This document shows positions 31,101 to 44,239 of a stretch of 64,000 nt of DNA, one piece after another. Source of the stretch: Eledone cirrhosa (lineage: Eukaryota); the NCBI GenBank assembly GCA_964016885.1, contig OZ024740.1, positions 32,364,001 to 32,428,000 on the forward strand. Reading direction: 5' to 3'. A program made the position numbers and the translations under genes. Positions within the stretch are counted from its first letter, which is position 1. Every line of letters starts with the position of its first letter. Below the pieces are notes generated by a model. That model made no database searches and was not told where the DNA came from. It worked only from the letters and a program-made list of their open reading frames with translations.

Positions 31101-34100
31101 ATATGAAGACATAGTAAAGTTGTTTATTAGTGATATAATAGACATGTGAAGACATAGTAAAGTTGTTTATTAGTGATACAATAGACATGTGAAGACATAG
31201 TAAAGTTGTTAATTTATGCTATAATAGACACATGAAGACATAGTGAAGTTGTTTATTAGTGATATAATATATATTGGAAGACATAGGAAAGTTGTTTATT
31301 AGTGTTATAATAGACATATGAAGACATAGTAAAGTTGTGTTTATTAGTGATATAATAGACATATGAAGACAGTAAAGTTGTTTATTAGTGCTATAATAGA
31401 TATATGAAGACATAGTAAAGGTGTTTATTACTGATATAATAGACATGTGAAGACATAGTAAAGTTGTTTATTAGTGTTATAATAGACATATGAAGACATA
31501 GTAAAGTTGTTTATTAGTGATATAATAGACATGTGAAGACATAGTAACGTTGTTTATTAGTGATATAATAGACATATGAAGAGGTAGTAAAGTTGTTTAT
31601 TACTGATATAATAGACATATGAAGACATAGTAAAGTTGTTTATTAGTGATATAATAGACATATGAAGACATAGTAAAGTTGTTTATTAGTGCTATAATAG
31701 ACATATGAAGACATAGTAAAGTTGTTTATTAGTGATATAATAGACATATGAAGACATAGTAAAGTTGTGTTTATTAGTGATATAATAGACATGAAGACAG
31801 TAAAGTTGTTTATTAGTGATATAATAGACATATGAAGACATAGTAAAGTTGTTTATTAGTGCTATAATAGACATATGAAGACGCAAAGTTGTTTATTAGT
31901 GATATAATAGACATATGAAGACATAGTAAAGTTGTTTATTAGTGATATAATAGATATATGAAGACATAGTAAAGTTGTTTATTAGTGCTATAATAGACAT
32001 ATGAAGAGGTAGTAAAGTTGTGTTTATTAGTGTTATAATAGACATATGAAGACGTAGTAAAGTTGTTTATTAGTGCTATAATAGACATATGAAGACATAG
32101 TAAAGTTGTTTATTAGTGCTATAATAGACATATGAAGACATAGTAAAGTTGTTTATTAGTGCTATAATAGATATATGAAGACATAGTAAAGTTGTTTATT
32201 AGTGCTATAATAGACATATGAAGACATAGTAAAGTTGTTTATTAGTGATATAATAGACATATGAAGACATAGTAAAGTTGTTTATTAGTGCTATAATAGA
32301 CATATGAAGACATAGTAAAGTTGTTTATTAGTGCTATAATAGACATATGAAGACATAGTAAAGTTGTTTATTAGTGCTATAATAGATATATGAAGACAGT
32401 AAAGTTGTTTATTAGTGCTATAATAGACATATGAAGACATAGTCTAACCCATGCTAGCGTGGAAGATGGACGTTAAACGAAGATGATGATATGAAGACAT
32501 AGTAAAGTTGTGTTTATTAGTGATATAATAGACATATGAAGACAGTAAAGTTGTTTATTAGTGATATAATAGACATATGAACACATAGTAAAGTTGTGTT
32601 TATTAGTGATATAATAGACATATGGAGTCGTAGTAAAGTTGTTTATTAGTGATATAATAGACATATGAACACATAGTAAAGTTGTTTATTAGTGATATTA
32701 TAGATATAGGAAGACATTGTAAAGTTGTTTATTAGTGTTATAATAGACATATGAACACATAGTAAAGTTGTTTATTAGTGCTATAATAGATATAGGAAGA
32801 CATAGTAAAGTTGTTTATTAGTGATATAATAGACATGAAGACGTAGTAAAGTTGTTTATTAGTGATATAATAGACATATGAAGACATAGTAAAGTTGTTT
32901 ATTAATGATATAATAGACATATGAACACATAGTACAGTTGTTTATTAGTGTTATAATAGATATAGGAAGACATAGTAAAGTTGTTTATTAGTGCTATAAT
33001 AGACATATTAGTGATATAATAGACATATGAATACACAGTAAAGTTGTTTATTAGTGCTATAATAGACATATGAAGACATAGTAAAGTTGTTTATTACTGA
33101 TATAATAGACATGTGAAGACATAGTAAAGTTGTTTATTAGTGTTATAATAGACATATGAAGACATAGTAAAGTTGTTTATTAGTGATATAATAGACATAT
33201 GAAGACATAGTAAAGTTGTTTATTAGTGATATAATAGACATGTGAAGACATAGTAAAGTTGTTTATTAGTGATACAATAGACATGTGAAGACATAGTAAA
33301 GTTGTTAATTTATGCTATAATAGACACATGAAGACATAGTGAAGTTGTTTATTAGTGATATAATATATATTGGAAGACATAGGAAAGTTGTTTATTAGTG
33401 TTATAATAGACATATGAAGACATAGTAAAGTTGTGTTTATTAGTGATATAATAGACATATGAAGACAGTAAAGTTGTTTATTAGTGCTATAATAGATATA
33501 TGAAGACATAGTAAAGGTGTTTATTACTGATATAATAGACATGTGAAGACATAGTAAAGTTGTTTATTAGTGTTATAATAGACATATGAAGACATAGTAA
33601 AGTTGTTTATTAGTGATATAATAGACATGTGAAGACATAGTAACGTTGTTTATTAGTGATATAATAGACATATGAAGAGGTAGTAAAGTTGTTTATTACT
33701 GATATAATAGACATATGAAGACATAGTAAAGTTGTTTATTAGTGATATAATAGACATATGAAGACATAGTAAAGTTGTTTATTAGTGCTATAATAGACAT
33801 ATGAAGACATAGTAAAGTTGTTTATTAGTGATATAATAGACATATGAAGACATAGTAAAGTTGTGTTTATTAGTGATATAATAGACATGAAGACAGTAAA
33901 GTTGTTTATTAGTGATATAATAGACATATGAAGACATAGTAAAGTTGTTTATTAGTGCTATAATAGACATATGAAGACGCAAAGTTGTTTATTAGTGATA
34001 TAATAGACATATGAAGACATAGTAAAGTTGTTTATTAGTGATATAATAGATATATGAAGACATAGTAAAGTTGTTTATTAGTGCTATAATAGACATATGA

Positions 34101-37100
34101 AGAGGTAGTAAAGTTGTGTTTATTAGTGTTATAATAGACATATGAAGACGTAGTAAAGTTGTTTATTAGTGCTATAATAGACATATGAAGACATAGTAAA
34201 GTTGTTTATTAGTGCTATAATAGACATATGAAGACATAGTAAAGTTGTTTATTAGTGCTATAATAGATATATGAAGACATAGTAAAGTTGTTTATTAGTG
34301 CTATAATAGACATATGAAGACATAGTAAAGTTGTTTATTAGTGATATAATAGACATATGAAGACATAGTAAAGTTGTTTATTAGTGCTATAATAGACATA
34401 TGAAGACATAGTAAAGTTGTTTATTAGTGCTATAATAGACATATGAAGACATAGTAAAGTTGTTTATTAGTGCTATAATAGATATATGAAGACAGTAAAG
34501 TTGTTTATTAGTGCTATAATAGACATATGAAGACATAGTCTAACCCATGCTAGCGTGGAAGATGGACGTTAAACGAAGATGATGATATGAAGACATAGTA
34601 AAGTTGTGTTTATTAGTGATATAATAGACATATGAAGACAGTAAAGTTGTTTATTAGTGATATAATAGACATATGAACACATAGTAAAGTTGTGTTTATT
34701 AGTGATATAATAGACATATGGAGTCGTAGTAAAGTTGTTTATTAGTGATATAATAGACATATGAACACATAGTAAAGTTGTTTATTAGTGATATTATAGA
34801 TATAGGAAGACATTGTAAAGTTGTTTATTAGTGTTATAATAGACATATGAACACATAGTAAAGTTGTTTATTAGTGCTATAATAGATATAGGAAGACATA
34901 GTAAAGTTGTTTATGAGTGATATAATAGACATGAAGACGTAGTAAAGTTGTTTATTAGTGATATAATAGACATATGAAGACATAGTAAAGTTGTTTATTA
35001 ATGATATAATAGACATATGAAGACATAGTAAAGTTGTTTATTAGTGATATAATAGACATATGAAGACATAGTAAAGTTGTTTATTAGTGATATAATAGAT
35101 ATAGGAAGACATAGTAAAGTTGTTTATTAGTGATATAATAGACATATGAAGACATAGTAACATTGTTTATTAGTGCTATAATAGACATATGAAGACATAG
35201 TCTAACCCATGCTAGCGTGGAAGATGGACGTTAAACGAAGATGATGATATGAAGACATAGTAAAGTTGTGTTTATTAGTGATATAATAGACATATGAAGA
35301 CATAGTAAAGTTGTGTCTATTAGTGATATAATAGACATATGAAGACGTAGTAAAGTTGTTTATTAGTGATATAATAGACATATGAAGCCGTAAAGTTGTT
35401 TATTAGTGATATAATAGACATATGAAAGACGTAGTAAAGTTGTTTATTAGTGATATAATAGACATATGAAGACATAGTAAAGTTGTTTATTAGTGATATA
35501 ATAGACATATGAAGACATAGTAAAGTTGTTTATTAGTGATATAATAGATATAGGAAGACATAGTAAAGTTGTTTATTAGTGATATAATAGACATGAAGAC
35601 GTAGTAAAGTTGTTTATTAGTGATATAATAGACATATGAAGACATAGTAAAGTTGTGTTTATTAGTTTTATAATAGACATATGAAGACATAGTAAAGTTG
35701 TTTATTAGTGATATAATAGACATATGAAGAGGTAGTAAAGTTGTGTTTATTAGTGTTATAATAGACATATGAAGACGTAGTAAAGTTGTTTATTAGTGCT
35801 ATAATAGACATATGAAGACATAGTAAAGTTGTTTATTAGTGCTATAATAGACATATGAAGACATAGTAAAGTTGTTTATTAGTGCTATAATAGATATATG
35901 AAGACATAGTAAAGTTGTTTATTAGTGCTATAATAGACATATGAAGACATAGTAAAGTTGTTTATTAGTGATATAATAGACATATGAAGACATAGTAAAG
36001 TTGTTTATTAGTGCTATAATAGACATATGAAGACATAGTAAAGTTGTTTATTAGTGCTATAATAGACATATGAAGACATAGTAAAGTTGTTTATTAGTGC
36101 TATAATAGATATATGAAGACATAGTAAAGTTGTTTATTAGTGCTATAATAGACATATGAAGACATAGTCTAACCCATGCTAGCGTGGAAGATGGACGTTA
36201 AACGAAGATGATGATATGAAGACATAGTAAAGTTGTGTTTATTAGTGATATAATAGACATATGAAGACAGTAAAGTTGTTTATTAGTGATATAATAGACA
36301 TATGAACACATAGTAAAGTTGTGTTTATTAGTGATATAATAGACATATGGAGTCGTAGTAAAGTTGTTTATTAGTGATATAATAGACATATGAACACATA
36401 GTAAAGTTGTTTATTAGTGATATTATAGATATAGGAAGACATTGTAAAGTTGTTTATTAGTGTTATAATAGACATATGAACACATAGTAAAGTTGTTTAT
36501 TAGTGCTATAATAGATATAGGAAGACATAGTAAAGTTGTTTATTAGTGATATAATAGACATGAAGACGTAGTAAAGTTGTTTATTAGTGATATAATAGAC
36601 ATATGAAGACATAGTAAAGTTGTTTATTAATGATATAATAGACATATGAAGACATAGTAAAGTTGTTTATTAGTGATATAATAGACATATGAAGACATAG
36701 TAAAGTTGTTTATTAGTGATATAATAGATATAGGAAGACATAGTAAAGTTGTTTATTAGTGATATAATAGACATATGAAGACATAGTAACATTGTTTATT
36801 AGTGCTATAATAGACATATGAAGACATAGTCTAACCCATGCTAGCGTGGAAGATGGACGTTAAACGAAGATGATGATATGAAGACATAGTAAAGTTGTGT
36901 TTATTAGTGATATAATAGACATATGAAGACATAGTAAAGTTGTGTCTATTAGTGATATAATAGACATATGAAGACGTAGTAAAGTTGTTTATTAGTGATA
37001 TAATAGACATATGAAGCCGTAAAGTTGTTTATTAGTGATATAATAGACATATGAAAGACGTAGTAAAGTTGTTTATTAGTGATATAATAGACATATGAAG

Positions 37101-37976
37101 ACATAGTAAAGTTGTTTATTAGTGATATAATAGACATATGAAGACATAGTAAAGTTGTTTATTAGTGATATAATAGATATAGGAAGACATAGTAAAGTTG
37201 TTTATTAGTGATATAATAGACATGAAGACGTAGTAAAGTTGTTTATTAGTGATATAATAGACATATGAAGACATAGTAAAGTTGTGTTTATTAGTTTTAT
37301 AATAGACTTATGAAGACATAGTAAAGTTGTTTATTATTGATATAATAGACATATGAAGACATAGTAAAGTTGTTTATTAGTGATATAATAGACATATGAA
37401 CACATAGTACAGTTGTTTATTAGTGTTATAATAGATATAGGAAGACATAGTAAAGTTGTTTATTAGTGCTATAATAGACATATTAGTGATATAATAGACA
37501 TATGAATACACAGTAAAGTTGTTTATTAGTGCTATAATAGACATATGAAGACATAGTAAAGTTGTTTATTACTGATATAATAGACATGTGAAGACATAGT
37601 AAAGTTGTTTATTAGTGTTATAATAGACATATGAAGACATAGTAAAGTTGTTTATTAGTGATATAATAGACATATGAAGACATAGTAAAGTTGTTTATTA
37701 GTGATATAATAGACATGTGAAGACATAGTAAAGTTGTTTATTAGTGATACAATAGACATGTGAAGACATAGTAAAGTTGTTAATTTATGCTATAATAGAC
37801 ACATGAAGACATAGTGAAGTTGTTTATTAGTGATATAATATATATTGGAAGACATAGGAAAGTTGTTTATTAGTGTTATAATAGACATATGAAGACATAG
37901 TAAAGTTGTGTTTATTAGTGATATAATAGACATATGAAGACAGTAAAGTTGTTTATTAGTGCTATAATAGATATAT

Positions 37977-38962
37977 TTCTTTTATTTGCCACTGGGGCAT
38001 CAAAAGTGGGACAAGTACAAAGGGGGGAGTTTACACAAAAAGGCGTCCTCAATAAGGAGGAGGCAATAACAAAATATAAAAATAAAATAAGATATAACAA
38101 AAAATAAAATTTTTAACAAAATCCTCAATAGAGAGGAGGCGCCTTGGGGGGTCGCACACACCCCCGAAAAAAGTGTGCAACCCTTCTCCTCAGGAGCACA
38201 GAGAAGGGGTGCTCCCTTGGTCTTTCATCTTCCTCACCTATAGTCTGATGTAGAGTGAAGGCCCATTCACACGGGCCATTCTCGCCACTTTCACCCATCT
38301 TTCATAAAAACGGCTGGGGTGCAGCACCTCTCTCTCCATCCTGATCCTTCTTCCGAAATGATATCGGAAGAAACGGACCAGTTGTTGGCCAGAGAGAAAG
38401 GTGCCCGACCTCAGTCCTTTCAGACGCGTCCACCATACAACCTCTTTCGCCATGGCTATTACGCACAGAAACACCGCCTCTGCTTCATCTTTGAAGGGGG
38501 GAGGCGGCTTGATCATTACAATAGACTCGGTGGTCAACCGGATCGGTCCCACCCTTGACAGCAGTTGTTCGACATAGCCCCACAGATCGGCTACGCCCGA
38601 GCAGTGTACTAATGCGTGTGCAACGGTTTCCTCGTCGCACACGCATCTGGGACAGATCTTTTTGGCGGGGTCCCTACCCGGGCGCCCGTGTCTGTAGAGC
38701 CTTTCTCGAACGGGTAAAGCCCCTCGGTAGCACTGCCAGGCCAGGGACTTCTGGAAGTTGTCCATAGGTCCCGGGCTGAATGTCCTACCGAACAGGCTGG
38801 CCAGTTCGTCCTCCTCCATGTCTAGGGCTTCTCCGAGGGCGTCGTCGCACCTGCTGCGTACCAGCCCTCTATAGAATGTTGCGGTGGAGTCTCCACTGAT
38901 AACCGGATCCGCCTGCCAGAGGGCGGCGAGCGCCTGGGCACACTCAGTGTGCCAGGCGCCCA
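37977..38962 (-). mobile_element. 5'-truncated L1/Tx1-clade non-LTR retrotransposon inserted in the satellite
   Basis: GC-rich island in the AT-rich array. 11-bp TSD AATAGATATAT at 37966-37976 and 38963-38973. Minus-strand 3' end AATAAAAGAA. Open frame to the stop at 38238 includes the ORF2 C-terminal CCHC zinc knuckle CPRC-x-EETVAHALVHC and AKEVVWWTR. Confidence 0.9.
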
Positions 38963-41900
38963 AATAGATATATGAAGACATAGTAAAGTTGTTTATTAGT
39001 GATATAATAGACATGAAGACATAGTAAAGTTGTGTTTATTAGTGATATAATAGATATATGAAGACAGTAAAGTTGTTTATTAGTGATATAATAGACATAG
39101 GAAGACGTAGTAAAGTTGTGTTTATTAGTGATATAATAGATATATGAAGACATAGTAAAGTTGTTTATTAGTGCTATAATAGACATATGAACACATAGTA
39201 AAGTTGTTTATTAGTGATATAATATATATAGGAAGACATAGTAAAGTTGTTTATTAGTGATATAATAGACATATGAAGACATAGTAAAGTTGTGTTTATT
39301 AGTGTTATAATAGACATATGAAGACATAGTAAAGTTGTTTATTAGTGCTATAATAGACATATGAAGACTGAGTAAAGTTGTGTTTATTAGTGATATAATA
39401 GACATGAATACACAGTAAAGTTGTTTATTAGTGCCATAATAGACATATGAAGACATAGTAAAGGTGTTTATTACTGATATAATAGACATGTGAAGACATA
39501 GTAAAGTTGTTTATTAGTGTTATAATAGACATATGAAGACATAGTAAAGTTGTTTATTAGTGATATAATAGACATGTGAAGACATAGTAACGTTGTTTAT
39601 TAGTGATATAATAGACATATGAAGAGGTAGTAAAGTTGTTTATTAGTGTTATAATAGACATGTGAAGAGGTAGTAAAGTTGTGTTTATTAGTTTTATAAT
39701 AGACATATGAACACTTAGTAAAGTTGTTTATTAGTGATATAATAGATATATGAAGACATAGTAAAGTTGTTTATTAGTGCTATAATAGACATATGAAGAC
39801 ATAGTAAAGTTGTTTATTAGTGCTATAATAGACATATGAAGACATAGTAAAGTTGTTTATTAGTGATATAATAGACATATGAAGACATAGTAAAGTTGTG
39901 TTTATTAGTGATATAATAGACATGAAGACAGTAAAGTTGTTTATTAGTGATATAATAGACATATGAAGACATAGTAAAGTTGTTTATTAGTGATATAATA
40001 GACATATGAAGACGCAAAGTTGTTTATTAGTGATATAATAGACATATGAAGACATAGTAAAGTTGTTTATTAGTGATATAATAGATATATGAAGACATAG
40101 TAAAGTTGTTTATTAGTGCTATAATAGACATATGAAGAGGTAGTAAAGTTGTGTTTATTAGTGTTATAATAGACATATGAAGACATAGTAAAGTTGTTTA
40201 TTAGTGCTATAATAGACATATGAAGACATAGTAAAGTTGTTTATTAGTGCTATAATAGACATATGAAGACATAGTAAAGTTGTTTATTAGTGCTATAATA
40301 GATATATGAAGACATAGTAAAGTTGTTTATTAGTGCTATAATAGACATATGAAGACATAGTAAAGTTGTTTATTAGTGATATAATAGACATATGAAGACA
40401 TAGTAAAGTTGTTTATTAGTGCTATAATAGACATATGAAGACATAGTAAAGTTGTTTATTAGTGCTATAATAGACATATGAAGACATAGTAAAGTTGTTT
40501 ATTAGTGCTATAATAGATATATGAAGACATAGTAAAGTTGTTTATTAGTGCTATAATAGACATATGAAGACATAGTCTAACCCATGCTAGCGTAGAAGAT
40601 GGACGTTAAACGAAGATGATGATATGAAGACATAGTAAAGTTGTGTTTATTAGTGATATAATAGACATATGAAGACAGTAAAGTTGTTTATTAGTGATAT
40701 AATAGACATATGAACACATAGTAAAGTTGTGTTTATTAGTGATATAATAGACATATGGAGTCGTAGTAAAGTTGTTTATTAGTGATATAATAGACATATG
40801 AACACATAGTAAAGTTGTTTATTAGTGATATTATAGATATAGGAAGACATTGTAAAGTTGTTTATTAGTGTTATAATAGACATATGAACACATAGTAAAG
40901 TTGTTTATTAGTGCTATAATAGATATAGGAAGACATAGTAAAGTTGTTTATTAGTGATATAATAGACATGAAGACGTAGTAAAGTTGTTTATTAGTGATA
41001 TAATAGACATATGAAGACATAGTAAAGTTGTTTATTAATGATATAATAGACATATGAAGACATAGTAAAGTTGTTTATTAGTGATATAATAGACATATGA
41101 AGACATAGTAAAGTTGTTTATTAGTGATATAATAGATATAGGAAGACATAGTAAAGTTGTTTATTAGTGATATAATAGACATATGAAGACATAGTAAAAT
41201 TGTTTATTAGTGCTATAATAGACATATGAAGACATAGTCTAACCCATGCTAGCGTGGAAGATGGACGTTAAACGAAGATGATGATATGAAGACATAGTAA
41301 AGTTGTGTTTATTAGTGATATAATAGACATATGAAGACATAGTAAAGTTGTGTCTATTAGTGATATAATAGACATATGAAGACGTAGTAAAGTTGTTTAT
41401 TAGTGATATAATAGACATATGAAGCCGTAAAGTTGTTTATTAGTGATATAATAGACATATGAAAGACGTAGTAAAGTTGTTTATTAGTGATATAATAGAC
41501 ATATGAAGACATAGTAAAGTTGTTTATTAGTGATATAATAGATATAGGAAGACATAGTAAAGTTGTTTATTAGTGATATAATAGACATGAAGACGTAGTA
41601 AAGTTGTTTATTAGTGATATAATAGACATATGAAGACATAGTAAAGTTGTGTTTATTAGTTTTATAATAGACATATGAAGACATAGTAAAGTTGTTTATT
41701 ATTGATATAATAGACATATGAAGACATAGTAAAGTTGTTTATTAGTGATATAATAGACATATGAACACATAGTACAGTTGTTTATTAGTGCTATAATAGA
41801 CATGAAGTCGTAGTAAAGTTGGTTATTAGTGATATAATAGACATATGAAGACATAGTAAAGTTGTGTTTATTAGTGATATGAAGACATAGTAAAGTTGTT

Positions 41901-43162
41901 TATTAGTGCTATAATAGACATATGAACACATAGTAAAGTTGTTTATTAGTGCTATAATAGACATATGAAGACGTAAAGTTGTTTATTAGTGATATAATAG
42001 ACATATGAACACATAGTAAAGTTGTTTATTAGTGATATAATAGATATAGGAAGACATAGTAAAGTTGTTTATTAGTGATATAATAGACATATGAAGACAT
42101 AGTAAAGTTGTTTATTAGTGATATAATAGACATATGAAGACGTAGTAAAGTTGTGTTTATTAGTGATATAATAGACATATGAAGACGTAGTAAAGTTGTG
42201 TTTATTAGTTTTATAATAGACATATGAAGACATAGTAAAGTTGTTTATTAGTGATATAATAGACATATGAAGACATAGTAAAGTTGTTTATTAGTGATAT
42301 AATAGACATATGAACACATAGTAAAGTTGTGTTTATTAGTTTTATAATAGACATATGAACACTTAGTAAAGTTGTTTATTAGTGATATAATAGACATATG
42401 AACACATAGTACAGTTGTTTATTAGTGCTATAATAGACATATGAAGTCGTAGTAAAGTTGTTTATTAGTGATATAATAGACATATGAAGACATAGTAAAG
42501 TTGTGTTTATTAGTGATATAATAGACATATGAAGACATAGTAAAGTTGTTTATTAGTGCTATAATAGACATATGAACACATAGTAAAGTTGTTTATTAGT
42601 GCTATAATAGACATATGAAGACGTAAAGTTGTTTATTAGTGATATAATAGACATATGAACACATAGTAAAGTTGTTTATTAGTGATATAATAGATATAGG
42701 AAGACATAGTAAAGTTGTTTATTAGTGATATAATAGACATATGAAGACATAGTGATATAATAGACATATGAAGACGTAGTAAAGTTGTGTTTATTAGTGA
42801 TATAATAGACATATGAAGACATAGTAAAGTTGTTTATTAGTGATATAATAGACATATGAAGACATAGTAAAGTTGTTTATTAGTGATATAATAGACACAT
42901 GAAGACGTAGTAAAGTTGTTTATTAGCGATATAATAGACATATGAAGACATAGTAAAGTTGTGTTTATTAGTGCTATAATAGATATATAAAGGAAATGTT
43001 TACTGTAACATATGGCATCCAAAATAGAATAAACATGGTATATTCAATTGGAATGTTCAGTATAATTGGTAAGTTCTGTAAAAATGATTCTCTTCTTTTG
43101 TTAATGGATTTATGTTTTATCTGAGGTATTTGTATTTCATTATACTTGTTCTTTACTTACAG

Positions 43163-43262
43163 TTGGAAAGTAAGCGTGATGCATTCTCTCCAGAGTTACA
43201 GCAATATTGTTATACACAACCTGTTGTGGTAATCCGTGGTTTAGCAGGAGCTTTGAAATTAG
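43163..43262 (+). CDS. KDM6A: KDM6/UTX H3K27 demethylase, internal exon ([34 protein letters not shown])
   Basis: Pyrimidine tract and CAG acceptor at 43160-43162. Matches the UTX motif LENKRDAF...[18 protein letters not shown] donor, phase 1. Confidence 0.95.
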
Positions 43263-43691
43263 GCAAGTCAAATTATTCTGATTATCTTAATGTGGTTATA
43301 TAATAGCAACCTTGAGGTAAATGTACTGATAATTAGAAGTTAAAACATTATAATATTGTTTTCATAGGACAATTATTAATTACTAGAATGATACCAGTCA
43401 TATGAGATGTAAATTCAGAAGAACAATTTTGCCACTGTTGGTAACAGATAAATACATAAAAAATATATAAATATATCTAGGGAGCAGCGGCTGTTAGGGT
43501 AAGACGTATTTTCTTGGGCTCTGCTAGAGTCAGCAGCAACACACTACCACGTGTTGCTACACACACACACACAAGAGGAAAGAGAAAATTTAAAATTTAT
43601 GAGACCAATAGAGATATGTATATTTATATCTAGATATTGCTATTATCATTTACAGTCCCTCTGTGTTTAATGTATGTTCATTAGTATATGT

Positions 43692-44006
43692 GTTGTTATT
43701 TCTGCTTGCATTTTGCATATATACATATATATATATATATCTATATATATGCTTGCGTGGACCCCTCTCAAAAATTCGTTGGATTTTCTAATTGGATACC
43801 CCGACACTGGATACCAACACTGAATACACCTGAACCTCTACTAGGAAATCTTTCGTTGTTATTTCTGCTTGCATTTTATATATATATATATATATATCAA
43901 TGCTTGCGTGGACCCCTCTTAAAGATTCGTTGGATTTTCTAATTGGATACCCCGAAACTGGATACCAATCACTGAATACACCTGAACTTCTACCAGGAAA
44001 TCTTTC
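43692..44006. repeat. Two tandem ~150-160-bp diverged copies, each with an internal (TA)n
   Basis: GTTGTTATTTCTGCTTGCATTTT...(TA)n...GCTTGCGTGGACCCCTCT...GGAAATCTTTC at 43692-43854 and 43855-44006. Confidence 0.9.
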
Positions 44007-44239
44007 ATATCAGTGAAAATTTTCTTTTCTTTGCTTCATATATACATATTATATATACTTGTCCGCCATTGCAAAAGGCCATAAATTCAAAATTTTGAAG
44101 AGAGAGGAAAAGAGAGAAGTGATCTATGAACTTGTAACATCTCACTGACCCCCCCGTCACCACACTAACAATAACGCCTACACTCGCTCCCCACCATCAC
44201 CACATTACTCTAAGGTCGCTGTCCTGTCCCCTGTTGACA

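Larger units (their letters stand above)
1..42988. repeat. 43-bp tandem satellite array (roughly 950 monomers, begins upstream of the window) with nested higher-order repeats
   Basis: Continuous head-to-tail AAAGTTGTTTATTAGTGATATAATAGACATATGAAGACATAGT. Recurrent +2 (TTGTGTTT) and -2 (ACATGAAG) variants. Identical variant strings recur at fixed offsets, mirrored by repeated ORF-track entries. Ends abruptly at ...ATAATAGATATAT|AAAGGAAATG. Confidence 0.99.

Noticed and set aside
38238-39014. 258-aa satellite-LINE fusion protein
   Set aside because: The N-terminal ~17 aa come from a satellite ATG that happens to be in frame with the truncated ORF2; no evidence of expression.
1-42988. CRISPR-like repeat-spacer array
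   Set aside because: Repeats are contiguous with no unique spacers. The only inserts are copies of one retroposon tail and one LINE. No cas genes; intron-containing eukaryotic context.
1-42988. TATAAT bacterial -10 boxes and recursive AG|GT splice sites in each monomer
   Set aside because: Eukaryotic DNA, and the acceptor-like TTATTAG is followed by TG, not GT.
1-42988. Centromere assignment
   Set aside because: HOR structure alone is insufficient; the array abuts a coding exon and no chromatin data are available.
466-43022. About 100 short minus-strand ORFs (MSIISLINNFTMSSYVYY...)
   Set aside because: They are translations of the 43-bp satellite. Frames depend on 41/43/45-bp variants, with no coding constraint or domain.
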